From an uncultured cyanobacterium (GTDB taxonomy: Bacteria > Cyanobacteriota > Cyanobacteriia > Cyanobacteriales > CAWCAG01), in the NCBI GenBank assembly GCA_963793425.1, contig CAWCAG010000007.1, positions 1,024,001 through 1,088,000 on the forward strand: 64,000 bases of DNA, written 5' to 3'. Numbering within the stretch: the first letter of the stretch is position 1; the number at the start of each line of letters is the position of its first letter. A program made the translations under genes and the position numbers. The notes under the pieces are model-generated. The model had not been told where the DNA came from. It worked only from the letters and a program-made list of their open reading frames with translations, and did not search any database. Shown here in pieces: positions 30,869-40,854 of this stretch.

Positions 30869-31423
30869 TTATCCTTGAGCAAACAAAAGCCGACAAATAT
30901 AAACTGCCCCAAAAATTCCTACCAGATCAGCAATTAAACCTGCTACCAGAGCATGGCGAATTCTTTTTATGCCTACTGATCCAAAATAAACCGCTAGCAC
31001 ATAAAAAGTAGTTTCCGTTGAACCATACATAGTTGCCCCAATTTTAGCAACTAAAGAATCTTGTCCATATTCTTTCACCAAATCACTTAACAAACCAAAG
31101 GAACCGCTACCAGAAAGAGGACGCATAATTCCTAAGAGGAGGTTTTCTGGAGGGAAACCAATAAATTTAAGGACAGGAGACACTGCAGTGATGAAAAGAT
31201 CCAATGCTCCAGAAGCCCTAAACATACCTATAGCGACTAAAATAGCTACTAAATAAGGAATAATCCTAATAGCAATATCAAAGCCGTCTTTTGCCCCTTC
31301 AACAAATACTTCATATACCTTTACCCGGCGAAATACCAAGGCATAAAAAGGAATACTAACTAATAGCAAAGGAATAACATATTTGGCTGCGGTATCAAAA
31401 ATATCTACTACTGATTCGATCAT
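30869..31423 (-). CDS. spmB: Spore maturation protein B-like membrane protein
   Basis: VYEVFVEGAKDG, FRASGALD, MRPLSGSG, GSTETTFYVLAVYFGSVGI. Confidence 0.88.
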   Translation of the reverse strand: MIESVVDIFDTAAKYVIPLLLVSIPFYALVFRRVKVYEVFVEGAKDGFDIAIRIIPYLVAILVAIGMFRASGALDLFITAVSPVLKFIGFPPENLLLGIMRPLSGSGSFGLLSDLVKEYGQDSLVAKIGATMYGSTETTFYVLAVYFGSVGIKRIRHALVAGLIADLVGIFGAVYICRLLFAQG

Positions 31424-31514
31424 TTTAATTTAGGGAACGGGGAACGGTTTAAGTAATAAGTAATAATTTGGGAATAATGCTATTGCTTATTAACTATTAA
31501 GATTAGGTGTAGGT

Positions 31515-32147
31515 TTATTCTTCTTCTGAGGAATCTTGAGGAATTGCTGTGGTATTTTCCGTCGTTTCTGGTAAAGCGAAAGCAGGAATTTTTGCTAACA
31601 ACTTTACGGCAATAATTGCTGTAATAGTAGATAGGGTTGTTGCTAAAATTGCGGGGAGAAAAATATTACTCGCTTGGGTTCCCATCAAAGCAATTACTGT
31701 TGCTGGCAGAATTAACTGCACACTGGAAGTATTAATAGCCAAAAAAGTACACATTGCATTGGTAGCAGTGTCCTTATCTGGGTTAAGTTCTTGCAACTCC
31801 TGCATTGCTTTGAGTCCCAGAGGTGTAGCCGCATTGCCTAACCCCAACATATTGGCAGACATATTCAAAACAATAGAACCAATGGCAGGATGATCTGGGG
31901 GAATATCGGGGAAAAGCCAAACAGTTACCGGACGTACTACCTTAGCAATCAAATCCACTAAACCTGATGCCTCAGCTATTTTCATAATCCCTAACCACAG
32001 GGCCATGATACCTATCAAGCCGATAGAAAGCTCTACAGCAGCTTCGGCGCTAGTTATGGCTGCTTCAGTTACTGCCTCTATTTCTCCGGTAATAGCGCCG
32101 AATACTACGGCAATGAGCATCAATCCTAACCAAACATAGTTAAGCAT
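31515..32147 (-). CDS. spmA: Spore maturation protein A-like (Gate domain) membrane protein
   Basis: MLNYVW, LWLGIMKIAE.SGL, NMLGLGNAATPLGLKAM, FLAINTSSVQL. Confidence 0.88.
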   Translation of the reverse strand: MLNYVWLGLMLIAVVFGAITGEIEAVTEAAITSAEAAVELSIGLIGIMALWLGIMKIAEASGLVDLIAKVVRPVTVWLFPDIPPDHPAIGSIVLNMSANMLGLGNAATPLGLKAMQELQELNPDKDTATNAMCTFLAINTSSVQLILPATVIALMGTQASNIFLPAILATTLSTITAIIAVKLLAKIPAFALPETTENTTAIPQDSSEEE

Positions 32148-32170
32148 TTAAAATTTCTCACAAGCTTTGC

Positions 32171-33760
32171 TTAAAGAGGGCGATAAACCCGATAATTAAT
32201 CTCAGGGAAGATGTTATCAATCTTCTCCACCTTCTCTAGCCAACCGGAATCAATTTTGCCAATATTGATATCTTCATAAAGCTTGTTAAAACGCATGAGG
32301 TGCGATCGCGTGCGACGAATGGCATAGGGAACCATTGTTCCTGTACGCATAATAAAAGCCCAATCAGAGGATTGTGCTAATAATAATTCCCGTGCTGCCT
32401 GATTTAAAGCCTTCCATTCCAACTCATCAGTAGGTTCACGCTTACCCAATTCAATCATCCTCTCTGCTGCTTTGTGAAGATGAGGATAAACCCAAGCATT
32501 AGTTTCATTTAACCAATATTCATGGAAGCCTTTATAACCCCAACTAGATTGGGAAGGCTTGCAAACCTGTTGCGTTTTTTCTTGGCGTAAATAATCCGCT
32601 AAGTGAGTCATTTCGTAGGTTTGTTGATCATACCAGGACTTGCGGAAAACATAATCCAAAAACCACGGCCCTTCATACCACCAATGGCCATATAATTCTG
32701 CGTCATAGGGAGAAACTACCAAAGGTGGGCGGTGCATGATACCCGCTAAATTACCAATTTGTTGCTCTCGGTTAAAGACAAAGTTGCCCGCGTGTTCAGC
32801 CGCTTTTTCCTTTGCCCAGTAAGGGTCATAAAGTTGCTTGTCTGATAATCCTGCCCCCCGGCTAGTAATTTTGTGATACTTAATACCGGTATTTTTCCTT
32901 TGACCATTGGGCATGATGTAAGGCTTAATATATTCATATTCCGCTTCCCAACCCAAATCTTTATAAAATTCCCGATACTCTGGGGAACCAGGATAACCCA
33001 CCTCAGAAGACCAAACTTGTTGGGAGGATTCATGATCTCGCCCAAAGGCAGCTACTCCAGTTTCAGTGAAGATGGGTGCATAAGTACCAAAACGGGGGCG
33101 AGGACGGGCATATAAAATACCGTGACCATCCGTTAAGAAATAGCGTAAACCAGCATCGGCCAGCATCCGCTCTAATCCTTCAAAATAAGCACATTCCGGC
33201 AACCAAATTCCTTTAGGACGGCGACCAAAATTCTCCTCGTAATGCTGACAAGCAACTTCAATTTGCGCCCACACTGCCTGGGGGTACATTTTCATCAGAG
33301 GCAGGTAACCATGGGTTGCCCCGCAGGTAATAATTTCTAAGTTATTGCTATCAAGAAATTGTTTAAATGCCTTTACTAAATCTCGGTCGTAACGTTCCCA
33401 GGTCTTGCGAATACCCTTAAATTCTTGAACATAATGTTCAGCCAAATACTTAATATGGCCGTTATGTTTGTTATGGTCAGTTTCTTTTTCGACTAATTCT
33501 TCTAACTTGGCTAAATGCTCATCGTAGCGGTCTTGTAACAAAGGATCTCGCAGCATTGACACTAAAGGAGGTGTCATACTCATGGTCATTTTAAAATCCA
33601 CCCCATCCCTCTTTAAGCCTTCAAACATATGAAGTAGGGGAACGTAAGTTTCTGTGATTGCCTCAAACAACCATTCCTCTTCTAGGACATAATCACTTTC
33701 TGGATGTCGTACAAACGGTAGGTGAGCGTGAAGTACAAGGGCAAAGTAGCCAAGAGCCAT
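32171..33760 (-). CDS. GH57 family (DUF1957) glycogen branching enzyme-like protein
   Basis: HAHLPFVRH, ATHGYLPL, GIWLPEC, PYDAELYGHWW, AQSSDWAF. Confidence 0.92.
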   Translation of the reverse strand: MALGYFALVLHAHLPFVRHPESDYVLEEEWLFEAITETYVPLLHMFEGLKRDGVDFKMTMSMTPPLVSMLRDPLLQDRYDEHLAKLEELVEKETDHNKHNGHIKYLAEHYVQEFKGIRKTWERYDRDLVKAFKQFLDSNNLEIITCGATHGYLPLMKMYPQAVWAQIEVACQHYEENFGRRPKGIWLPECAYFEGLERMLADAGLRYFLTDGHGILYARPRPRFGTYAPIFTETGVAAFGRDHESSQQVWSSEVGYPGSPEYREFYKDLGWEAEYEYIKPYIMPNGQRKNTGIKYHKITSRGAGLSDKQLYDPYWAKEKAAEHAGNFVFNREQQIGNLAGIMHRPPLVVSPYDAELYGHWWYEGPWFLDYVFRKSWYDQQTYEMTHLADYLRQEKTQQVCKPSQSSWGYKGFHEYWLNETNAWVYPHLHKAAERMIELGKREPTDELEWKALNQAARELLLAQSSDWAFIMRTGTMVPYAIRRTRSHLMRFNKLYEDINIGKIDSGWLEKVEKIDNIFPEINYRVYRPL

Positions 33761-33979
33761 AATATGTGCGTGGATTTTGAGATGATAGGTGAAGCCTATG
33801 CTTTAGACTATTTTAAGATTTTACGATAATAAGGACAGTATTCAAGAAAAAACTCGTGTAGCCACACATTGGAAGTTAAGATAATAAAATAAAGATTAAA
33901 TTTAAGAAAATGAGTTAACTTGGCAAATATAAATAAGCCAACTTGACAGTCGCGATCCTCATATTGCTGTTTTTACCTA

Positions 33980-35182
33980 GTGCTAAAATCCAATGGCAGT
34001 CAAGCAAATTTCCTAGATGATGGTGATTCGTCGGCCTTACTCCGGTTAGTGCTATTTATTGATGAACGCCCTACTTCCCAAGAATATATTCAGCAAATCC
34101 AAAGCTATCTCGAAAGTTTAAAAAGCGAGTGTGACTTTGAAGTTCAAATTGTGGATGTGGGAAATCAACCTTATTTAGCAGAGCATTTCCGCTTAGTAGC
34201 AACTCCTGCCCTCGTCAAAATTCATCCCTCACCGAGACAAACCTTAGCCGGTAGTAATTTAATTACCCAGCTTAAAAAATGTTGGCCTCTCTGGCAAGAG
34301 AATGTTGAGGAACAAAGGGCAAAGCTGATTGAAGACGAAGGCGAGGGCGAAGACCAAGGCAACTCAAAGAATCTAGATTTGCCTTCAGTTAATAGTTCTA
34401 TTAGTAACTCAGCACAACTAATCAAGCTTTCTGATGAAATTTTTCGTTTAAAAAAAGAAAACGAAAGTTTATTAGAACAATTGAACTTCAAAGACCAGCT
34501 CTTAGCGATGTTGGCCCATGATATTCGCAGCCCCCTTACTGCTGCCTCCATTGCCACAGAAACTTTAGAAATGGCCCATAAAAGGGGGCAAAAACTCTCA
34601 GAAAATCTTAAAGAGCAGTTGTACAAACAGGCAAAGAGCCAATTTCGCATTATGGAGCGGATGGTTGCTGATATTTTACAAACAGCTACGCAAAAGAGCA
34701 AAGAACTACAGATAAAACCTCAAAAACTGCATATGCAGCTTGTTTGTGAGGATATTTTTATTCAGTTGGAAGATAAATTTTTAGCTAAGTCCTTCCAAAT
34801 AGAAAAAGATTTACCTCAAGATTTACCAAGTGTTTATGGAGATAAGGAGTTACTTAGCCAAGTAATCACTAATCTTTTAGAAAATGCTGTTAAATATACC
34901 CCAGAAGAAGGGAAAATCAGCATTTCTCTGCTCCATCGGACTTCTCAGAAAATCCAGGTTAGCATCTGTGATACCGGCCCTGGCATACCAGAAGAAAAAC
35001 GTGAGCGCATTTTTGAAGGGCATTATCGCCTCCAAAGAGATAGGAGCAAAGAAGGTTACGGCATTGGGCTTTCTTTGTGTTACAAAGTGATTCGCGCTCA
35101 CTATGGTCATATCTGGGTAGATAGTATTCTTGGGCAAGGGAGTTGTTTTAATTTTACTTTGCCAGTTTACCAAGGGGGGTAA
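33980..35182 (+). CDS. sasA: Circadian output histidine kinase SasA
   Basis: KaiB-like N-domain (PYLAEHFRLVATPALVK), AHDIRSPLTA H-box, LHRTSQKIQVSICDTG. Confidence 0.93.
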   Translation: MLKSNGSQANFLDDGDSSALLRLVLFIDERPTSQEYIQQIQSYLESLKSECDFEVQIVDVGNQPYLAEHFRLVATPALVKIHPSPRQTLAGSNLITQLKKCWPLWQENVEEQRAKLIEDEGEGEDQGNSKNLDLPSVNSSISNSAQLIKLSDEIFRLKKENESLLEQLNFKDQLLAMLAHDIRSPLTAASIATETLEMAHKRGQKLSENLKEQLYKQAKSQFRIMERMVADILQTATQKSKELQIKPQKLHMQLVCEDIFIQLEDKFLAKSFQIEKDLPQDLPSVYGDKELLSQVITNLLENAVKYTPEEGKISISLLHRTSQKIQVSICDTGPGIPEEKRERIFEGHYRLQRDRSKEGYGIGLSLCYKVIRAHYGHIWVDSILGQGSCFNFTLPVYQGG

Positions 35183-35570
35183 GGAGGAATTTGGCCTTAG
35201 AACCAATTATCAAATAACCAGATTTATGAGAAACGATGTGTCAATTTGTAAAAATTTAGATAATAATTATGCTAGTAGCACTTGGTTTAGAGTTTTTAAG
35301 CGCCAATTTCCTAGGAAATTAGCATAACAGCAACCCAAAACTTGTGTTACTTTAAGAAACGTTAATAACTAACCCCAAAGGCAGAGTCTTTGGGTAATAA
35401 GGGAAACAAATTATCCCTTGAGACATAACCTATTCAGTCAATATCAGGATAGGAATCTCAATCAATCTCATTTCTTCAATGAATAATGAGAAAATCAACT
35501 TAGAGCGCAAAAGCGTCCAAGATTTAGAAATCTTGCAATTTATTTAATTTAAGCAAGAGGTTTTGAAACT

Positions 35571-36629
35571 ATGACAATAGCAGTGGGACGCGCAACAGAA
35601 CAGAGAGGATGGTTTGACATCCTTGATGACTGGTTAAAGCGCGACCGATTCGTATTCGTAGGCTGGTCAGGAATATTATTATTCCCCTGTGCCTACCTAG
35701 CATTAGGAGGATGGTTAACAGGAACCACCTTCGTCACCTCCTGGTACACTCACGGTTTAGCAAGTTCTTACCTAGAAGGTTGTAACTTCCTAACCGTAGC
35801 AGTATCAACCCCAGCAGACACCATGGGACACTCCTTACTATTCTTGTGGGGACCTGAAGCAGGGTGGAACTTCACTCGTTGGTGTCAACTAGGTGGATTA
35901 TGGTCATTTGTCGCTTTTCACGGCGCATTTGGCTTAATCGGCTTCATGTTACGGCAGTTTGAGATTTCCCGTCTAGTGGGAATTCGTCCTTACAACGCCT
36001 TAGCATTTAGCGGACCAATCGCCGTATTTGTAAGCGTCTTTTTAATGTATCCCTTGGGACAATCAAGCTGGTTTTTCGCCCCCAGCTTTGGAGTAGCGGG
36101 AATATTCCGTTTCATCTTGTTCTTCCAAGGATTCCACAACTGGACACTAAACCCATTTCATATGATGGGAGTAGCCGGAATATTAGGTGGAGCCTTGCTT
36201 TGTGCCATTCACGGAGCCACAGTAGAAAACACCCTGTTTGAAGATGGAGAAGCATCTAACACCTTTAGAGCATTTAATCCTACCCAAGCAGAAGAAACCT
36301 ACAGCATGGTAACAGCAAACCGTTTCTGGTCACAGATATTCGGAATTGCCTTTTCCAACAAGCGTTGGTTACACTTCTTCATGCTGTTTGTCCCAGTAAC
36401 CGGACTATGGATGAGTGCAGTCGGAGTAGTGGGTTTAGCAGTCAACCTGCGTGCCTATGACTTCGTATCTCAAGAAATCCGAGCAGCAGAAGACCCAGAA
36501 TTTGAAACGTTCTACACTAAGAACATCTTATTAAATGAAGGTCTTAGAGCGTGGTTAGCACCTCAAGACCAACCCCACAAACAATTCGAGTTCCCAGAGG
36601 AGGTTCTACCACGTGGTAACGCTCTCTAG
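35571..36629 (+). CDS. psbD: Photosystem II D2 protein
   Basis: Canonical D2 sequence ([16 protein letters not shown]…EVLPRGNAL). Confidence 0.99.
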   Translation: MTIAVGRATEQRGWFDILDDWLKRDRFVFVGWSGILLFPCAYLALGGWLTGTTFVTSWYTHGLASSYLEGCNFLTVAVSTPADTMGHSLLFLWGPEAGWNFTRWCQLGGLWSFVAFHGAFGLIGFMLRQFEISRLVGIRPYNALAFSGPIAVFVSVFLMYPLGQSSWFFAPSFGVAGIFRFILFFQGFHNWTLNPFHMMGVAGILGGALLCAIHGATVENTLFEDGEASNTFRAFNPTQAEETYSMVTANRFWSQIFGIAFSNKRWLHFFMLFVPVTGLWMSAVGVVGLAVNLRAYDFVSQEIRAAEDPEFETFYTKNILLNEGLRAWLAPQDQPHKQFEFPEEVLPRGNAL

Positions 36630-37995
36630 TCAAGTCGTTGGTGGCGGTCGCGACCAAGACTCATCAGGTTTCGCCTGGTGGGCAGGAAACGCCCGTCTCA
36701 TCAACCTTTCCGGTAAACTTTTAGGCGCTCATGTTGCCCACGCAGGGCTGATCGTCTTTTGGGCGGGTGCAATGACCATTTTTGAGGTCGCTCACTTTGT
36801 CCCAGAAAAACCTTTATACGAACAAGGTTTCATCCTTTTACCTCACCTAGCCACCCTTGGTTGGGGTGTTGGCCCTGGTGGTGAAATCATTGATACTTTT
36901 CCCTACTTTGTAGTTGGTGTTTTACACCTTATTTCCTCTGCTGTCCTCGGTCTTGGTGGTATTTACCATGCTGTACGCGGTCCAGAAACATTAGAAGAAT
37001 ATTCCGACTTCTTCGGCTATGACTGGAAAGACAAGGATAAGATGACCAGCATCATAGGCTTCCACCTGATTATGTTAGGCTTAGGCGCTTTGTTGTTAGT
37101 TGCCAAAGCGATGTTCTTCGGTGGAGTTTATGATAGTTGGGCCCCTGGTGGTGGAGATGTTCGTATTATCAACAATCCCACCCTTAATCCAGCGGTTATC
37201 TTCGGTTATCTAACTAAAGCGCCTTTCGGTGGTGAAGGTTGGATAATCAGTGTCAATAACATGGAAGATATTATTGGCGGCCACATTTGGATTGGTTTAA
37301 TTTGTATTGGTGGCGGTGTTTGGCACATTCTCACCAAGCCTTTTGGCTGGGCCCGTCGTGCCTTCATCTGGTCTGGTGAAGCTTATCTTTCCTATAGTTT
37401 AGGTGCGCTTGCCCTGATGGCCTTTATCGCTTCTAACTACGTTTGGTTCAACAATACCGCTTATCCTAGCGAATTTTACGGACCAACTAATGCAGAAGCT
37501 TCTCAAGCCCAATCTTTTATCTTTCTAGTCCGTGACCAAAGCATGGGTGCTAATATTGCCTCTTCTCAAGGTCCTACTGGTTTAGGTAAATATCTGATGC
37601 GCTCTCCTACTGGAGAAATCATCTTCGGTGGTGAAACCATGCGTTTCTGGGATTTCCGTGGCCCTTGGTTAGAGCCTTTACGTGGTCCCAATGGTCTTGA
37701 TATTGACAAGATTAGAAATGACGTTCAGCCTTGGCAATTACGTCGTGCTGCTGAGTATATGACTCATGCTCCCAACGGTTCCATCAACTCTGTGGGTGGT
37801 ATCATTACTGAGCCTAATGCTTTCAATTATGTCAACCCTCGTGCTTGGTTAGCGACTTCTCACTTTGTACTAGCCTTTTTCTTCTTGATTGGTCACTTAT
37901 GGCACGCAGGCCGCGCCCGTGCTGCTGTGGCTGGCTTTGAGAAAGGTATTGATCGCGAAACCGAACCAGTATTATCTATGCCTAACTTAGACTAA
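36613..37995 (+). CDS. psbC: Photosystem II CP43 protein
   Basis: GTG start overlapping psbD by 17 nt; [31 protein letters not shown]. Confidence 0.99.
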   Translation: MVTLSSQVVGGGRDQDSSGFAWWAGNARLINLSGKLLGAHVAHAGLIVFWAGAMTIFEVAHFVPEKPLYEQGFILLPHLATLGWGVGPGGEIIDTFPYFVVGVLHLISSAVLGLGGIYHAVRGPETLEEYSDFFGYDWKDKDKMTSIIGFHLIMLGLGALLLVAKAMFFGGVYDSWAPGGGDVRIINNPTLNPAVIFGYLTKAPFGGEGWIISVNNMEDIIGGHIWIGLICIGGGVWHILTKPFGWARRAFIWSGEAYLSYSLGALALMAFIASNYVWFNNTAYPSEFYGPTNAEASQAQSFIFLVRDQSMGANIASSQGPTGLGKYLMRSPTGEIIFGGETMRFWDFRGPWLEPLRGPNGLDIDKIRNDVQPWQLRRAAEYMTHAPNGSINSVGGIITEPNAFNYVNPRAWLATSHFVLAFFFLIGHLWHAGRARAAVAGFEKGIDRETEPVLSMPNLD

Positions 37996-38038
37996 TTGCT
38001 ACTCAAAGAAAGCGATTAAGTCATAACTGAATATAGTT

Positions 38039-38070
38039 GCTCCTACTAAATATTGGTAGGAGCCTTTTTT
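38039..38070 (+). terminator. Intrinsic terminator of psbDC
   Basis: GCTCCTACTAA-AT-ATTGGTAGGAGC hairpin followed by T6. Confidence 0.8.
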
Positions 38071-38098
38071 ATATGAGAATAATCTGACAAAAAATTCC

Positions 38099-39370
38099 TC
38101 AACCTCTTTGACTGCAATCCAACATTGACTTAAGACTTAAAGCAAAAGTAGCCGTTAATAGAGTGAGGACTCCTGCAACCCAAAAAGGAGTACTGTAGTT
38201 GATACTTACCAGTAAACCTGCTACAGCGGGGCCTATGGCGTTGGACATACTCAGGTAAGAGGAGTTGATACCCATAATTTCTCCTTGTTCGCGATCGCCG
38301 CTATTAGTGGATAAAATTGAGCTAATTAGGGGCATGGGAAAAGAGTTTGTAATCCCCAACAAACAGAGAAATAAGACAAAGGCTGACAAAGTGGGGAAAA
38401 AAGGAATCAGCACAAAAATCACGGCCCTAGCTGCGATCGCAGTGAAGAGAATGTTCGCTAAATTAAATTTTTCGCTTAAAGGCCCTACAGCAAAAAGTTG
38501 AGTGAAAATACCAATGACCCCAATTAAGGCAAACAGAATAGCCAGGGTTTGGGGTTTTTGTTTGAGGACGTTGAGAAAGAATGGTTGGAAGGCGAAGGTA
38601 AAGACAGTGAAGGTGAAGCCACTCAGAAAAGTCAGCATAAACACGCGACCAATTTTAGGTCGTCGCGCTGAGTTGAGGATTTTCCCTAAACCAAATATTT
38701 GCCAGCTAAGCTTAAAATTCTCTTCTTTTTTTGGTAAGGTTTCCGGTAAGAGAAAGACGGTGAGTACCACAGCTAGAGTAGCTAATACTGCCCCAGCAAT
38801 AAAGCTCATACCCAAGGAAGATACCCCCGGCAAAGTTGGTAAGGTTTGGGCAAAGTAGCTGATGGCTGGACCGGTGATGAAGCCCAAGCGGAAAGCTGCA
38901 TCAAATAAACCAAAAGCTTTCGGACGATCTTGGGGGGCGGTGGTATCACTAATAACGGCCCCGGCAATGGAGGTGTTTCCCCCGGTTAAGCCATCTAAAA
39001 TTCTGGCAACAAATAGCACCCAGGCAAAGGTTGCCCAACTAGCTAAGAGGTTGGCGAAAACTGTACCGATTAAACTGATGATCAGCAGGGGTTTACGGCC
39101 AAAAAAATCTGAAAGTCTGCCCAGAATTGGGGTGGCGAAGAACTGAGAGATGGCATAGGCTGTGGTAAGTAAGCTAGCTTGGAAATCGCTTAACCCGAAC
39201 TCTTTTGCATAGGGATAAAGGATGGGAATGATGATGGTGAAGCTGACGGAATTGATGAAGGCGATTAAGGCAACAATCCAGAATTTTAGGGGTAAGTCGA
39301 ACCTGGCTGGCAGTTTTTTCAAGTGTGTAGCAGATGGTAAATTTTCAATGAATAAGGAACAACAGAGCAA
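38099..39370 (-). CDS. MFS transporter (TetA/DHA1-like)
   Basis: Motif A GRLSDFFGRKP, ARILDGLTGG, about 12 TM; true start probably downstream of the called TTG. Confidence 0.88.
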   Translation of the reverse strand: MLCCSLFIENLPSATHLKKLPARFDLPLKFWIVALIAFINSVSFTIIIPILYPYAKEFGLSDFQASLLTTAYAISQFFATPILGRLSDFFGRKPLLIISLIGTVFANLLASWATFAWVLFVARILDGLTGGNTSIAGAVISDTTAPQDRPKAFGLFDAAFRLGFITGPAISYFAQTLPTLPGVSSLGMSFIAGAVLATLAVVLTVFLLPETLPKKEENFKLSWQIFGLGKILNSARRPKIGRVFMLTFLSGFTFTVFTFAFQPFFLNVLKQKPQTLAILFALIGVIGIFTQLFAVGPLSEKFNLANILFTAIAARAVIFVLIPFFPTLSAFVLFLCLLGITNSFPMPLISSILSTNSGDREQGEIMGINSSYLSMSNAIGPAVAGLLVSINYSTPFWVAGVLTLLTATFALSLKSMLDCSQRG

Positions 39371-39407
39371 TAGTTTTCACTCAGTCACTCAGTCACCTAG
39401 TCTCTAA

Positions 39408-40184
39408 CTAAGGGCGGGCAATAATAGTATTTTCCAATAAACCAATACCTTCAATAGTGATTTGAACGTGATCGCCTTTATCTAAGCCACCGATTCCTTC
39501 TGGTGTCCCTGTGAGAATAATATCTCCTGGAAGTAGGGTCATGATCTGAGAAATAAAAGCCACCAAGAAATTAGGGGGGAAAACCATCTCATTAATCGAA
39601 GCTGATTGTTTTGGTTCAGGGGCATTATTAACAAAAGTCTCTAATCTTGCCCCAGGACTCAATTCTCGGACGATCCAAGGGCCTAAAGGACAAAAAGTAT
39701 CAAACCCTTTTGCCCTTGTCCACTGACCATCTTTATGCTGTAAATCACGGGCAGTAACATCATTGGCAATGGTATAACCCCAAATAAAATCTTCTGCCTC
39801 TTCCGGGGAACAATTGCTACAGCGATCGCCAATTACCAAAGCTAACTCTCCTTCATAATCGACTTGTTTTGCTTGGGGAGGATAATGAATGGGTTGTCCG
39901 CTAGCAATAACCGTAGTAGGAGGTTTAATAAATAGTAAGGGTTCTTGAGGTACAGGAGTCCCCATTTCCGCAGCATGAAGGTGATAATTTTTACCCACTG
40001 CAATAACTTTAGAAGGGGCGCAAGGAGCTAATAAATTATAGCGTTCTGCATCCAATTCTATATCTGTCGGTCTTCCTCCCAACCAAGGGGGGGCATCCAG
40101 GACTTGGACATTGCGGCTTAATAGGAGTAAGCCATAATAAGTTTGACCTTGATGAGTTTTTACTCTAACGTAGCGTTGCGCCAT
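39408..40184 (-). CDS. Fumarylacetoacetate hydrolase family protein
   Basis: VGKNY..HA.E, DYEGEL, NDVTARD, AKGFDTFCPLGP, TGTPEG. Confidence 0.92.
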   Translation of the reverse strand: MAQRYVRVKTHQGQTYYGLLLLSRNVQVLDAPPWLGGRPTDIELDAERYNLLAPCAPSKVIAVGKNYHLHAAEMGTPVPQEPLLFIKPPTTVIASGQPIHYPPQAKQVDYEGELALVIGDRCSNCSPEEAEDFIWGYTIANDVTARDLQHKDGQWTRAKGFDTFCPLGPWIVRELSPGARLETFVNNAPEPKQSASINEMVFPPNFLVAFISQIMTLLPGDIILTGTPEGIGGLDKGDHVQITIEGIGLLENTIIARP

Positions 40185-40372
40185 AGAAAAGAAGGTAGAA
40201 GTATCTTAAAGTTTGAGTTTGGAGATGTTACTTAAGGTTAGAAAACTAGCAAAGATTACCATAGTAGTAGTAAGATTTTAATTCCTTGCTTCTTTATCTA
40301 AGGCTAAAAAAAGATAATTTTTCCTGCCTCCAATATTAAGAAGCCATATTTGACCACAAGGAGAAAACTTCC

Positions 40373-40705
40373 ATGACTAGTTACGAGTTAATGTACATCA
40401 TCCGTCCTGATATTCCAGAGGATCGGGTAGAAGAAACCATTAATAAATATCGCACTTTTTTAGTAGATCAAGGAGCAGAAGATATCCAAATACAGAATCG
40501 AGGTAAGCGCCGCCTTGCCTATGAAATTCAAAACTTCCAAGATGGTATTTATGTCCAAGTGAATTATAAAGCTGAAGGTACTCATGTGGCGCTTATGGAG
40601 CGTTCTATGCGCTTAAGCGAAGAAGTTATTCGTTATTTGACCTTGAGAGTGAACGAACCAAAACCTGACCCTTCTGAAGCGGAGCCTGTTGCGGCTGAAG
40701 CTTGA
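40373..40705 (+). CDS. rpsF: 30S ribosomal protein S6
   Basis: [26 protein letters not shown]. Confidence 0.96.
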   Translation: MTSYELMYIIRPDIPEDRVEETINKYRTFLVDQGAEDIQIQNRGKRRLAYEIQNFQDGIYVQVNYKAEGTHVALMERSMRLSEEVIRYLTLRVNEPKPDPSEAEPVAAEA

Positions 40706-40720
40706 TTTTTAGGTGAGCTA

Positions 40721-40776
40721 GGGAGATAGGGAGATGGGGAGATAGGGAGATGGGGAGATAGGGAGATGGGGAGACT
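40721..40776. repeat. Octamer tandem repeat (GGGAGAT[A/G])x7
   Basis: Direct reading; alternating A/G gives a 16-mer superperiod. Confidence 0.85.
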
Positions 40777-40854
40777 AGATAATAGCAAATCTGCGTAGTA
40801 AAGTACCTTGATAAAATCGACCGAATAAAGTTCTCAAACCCTACTCCGTGATCA

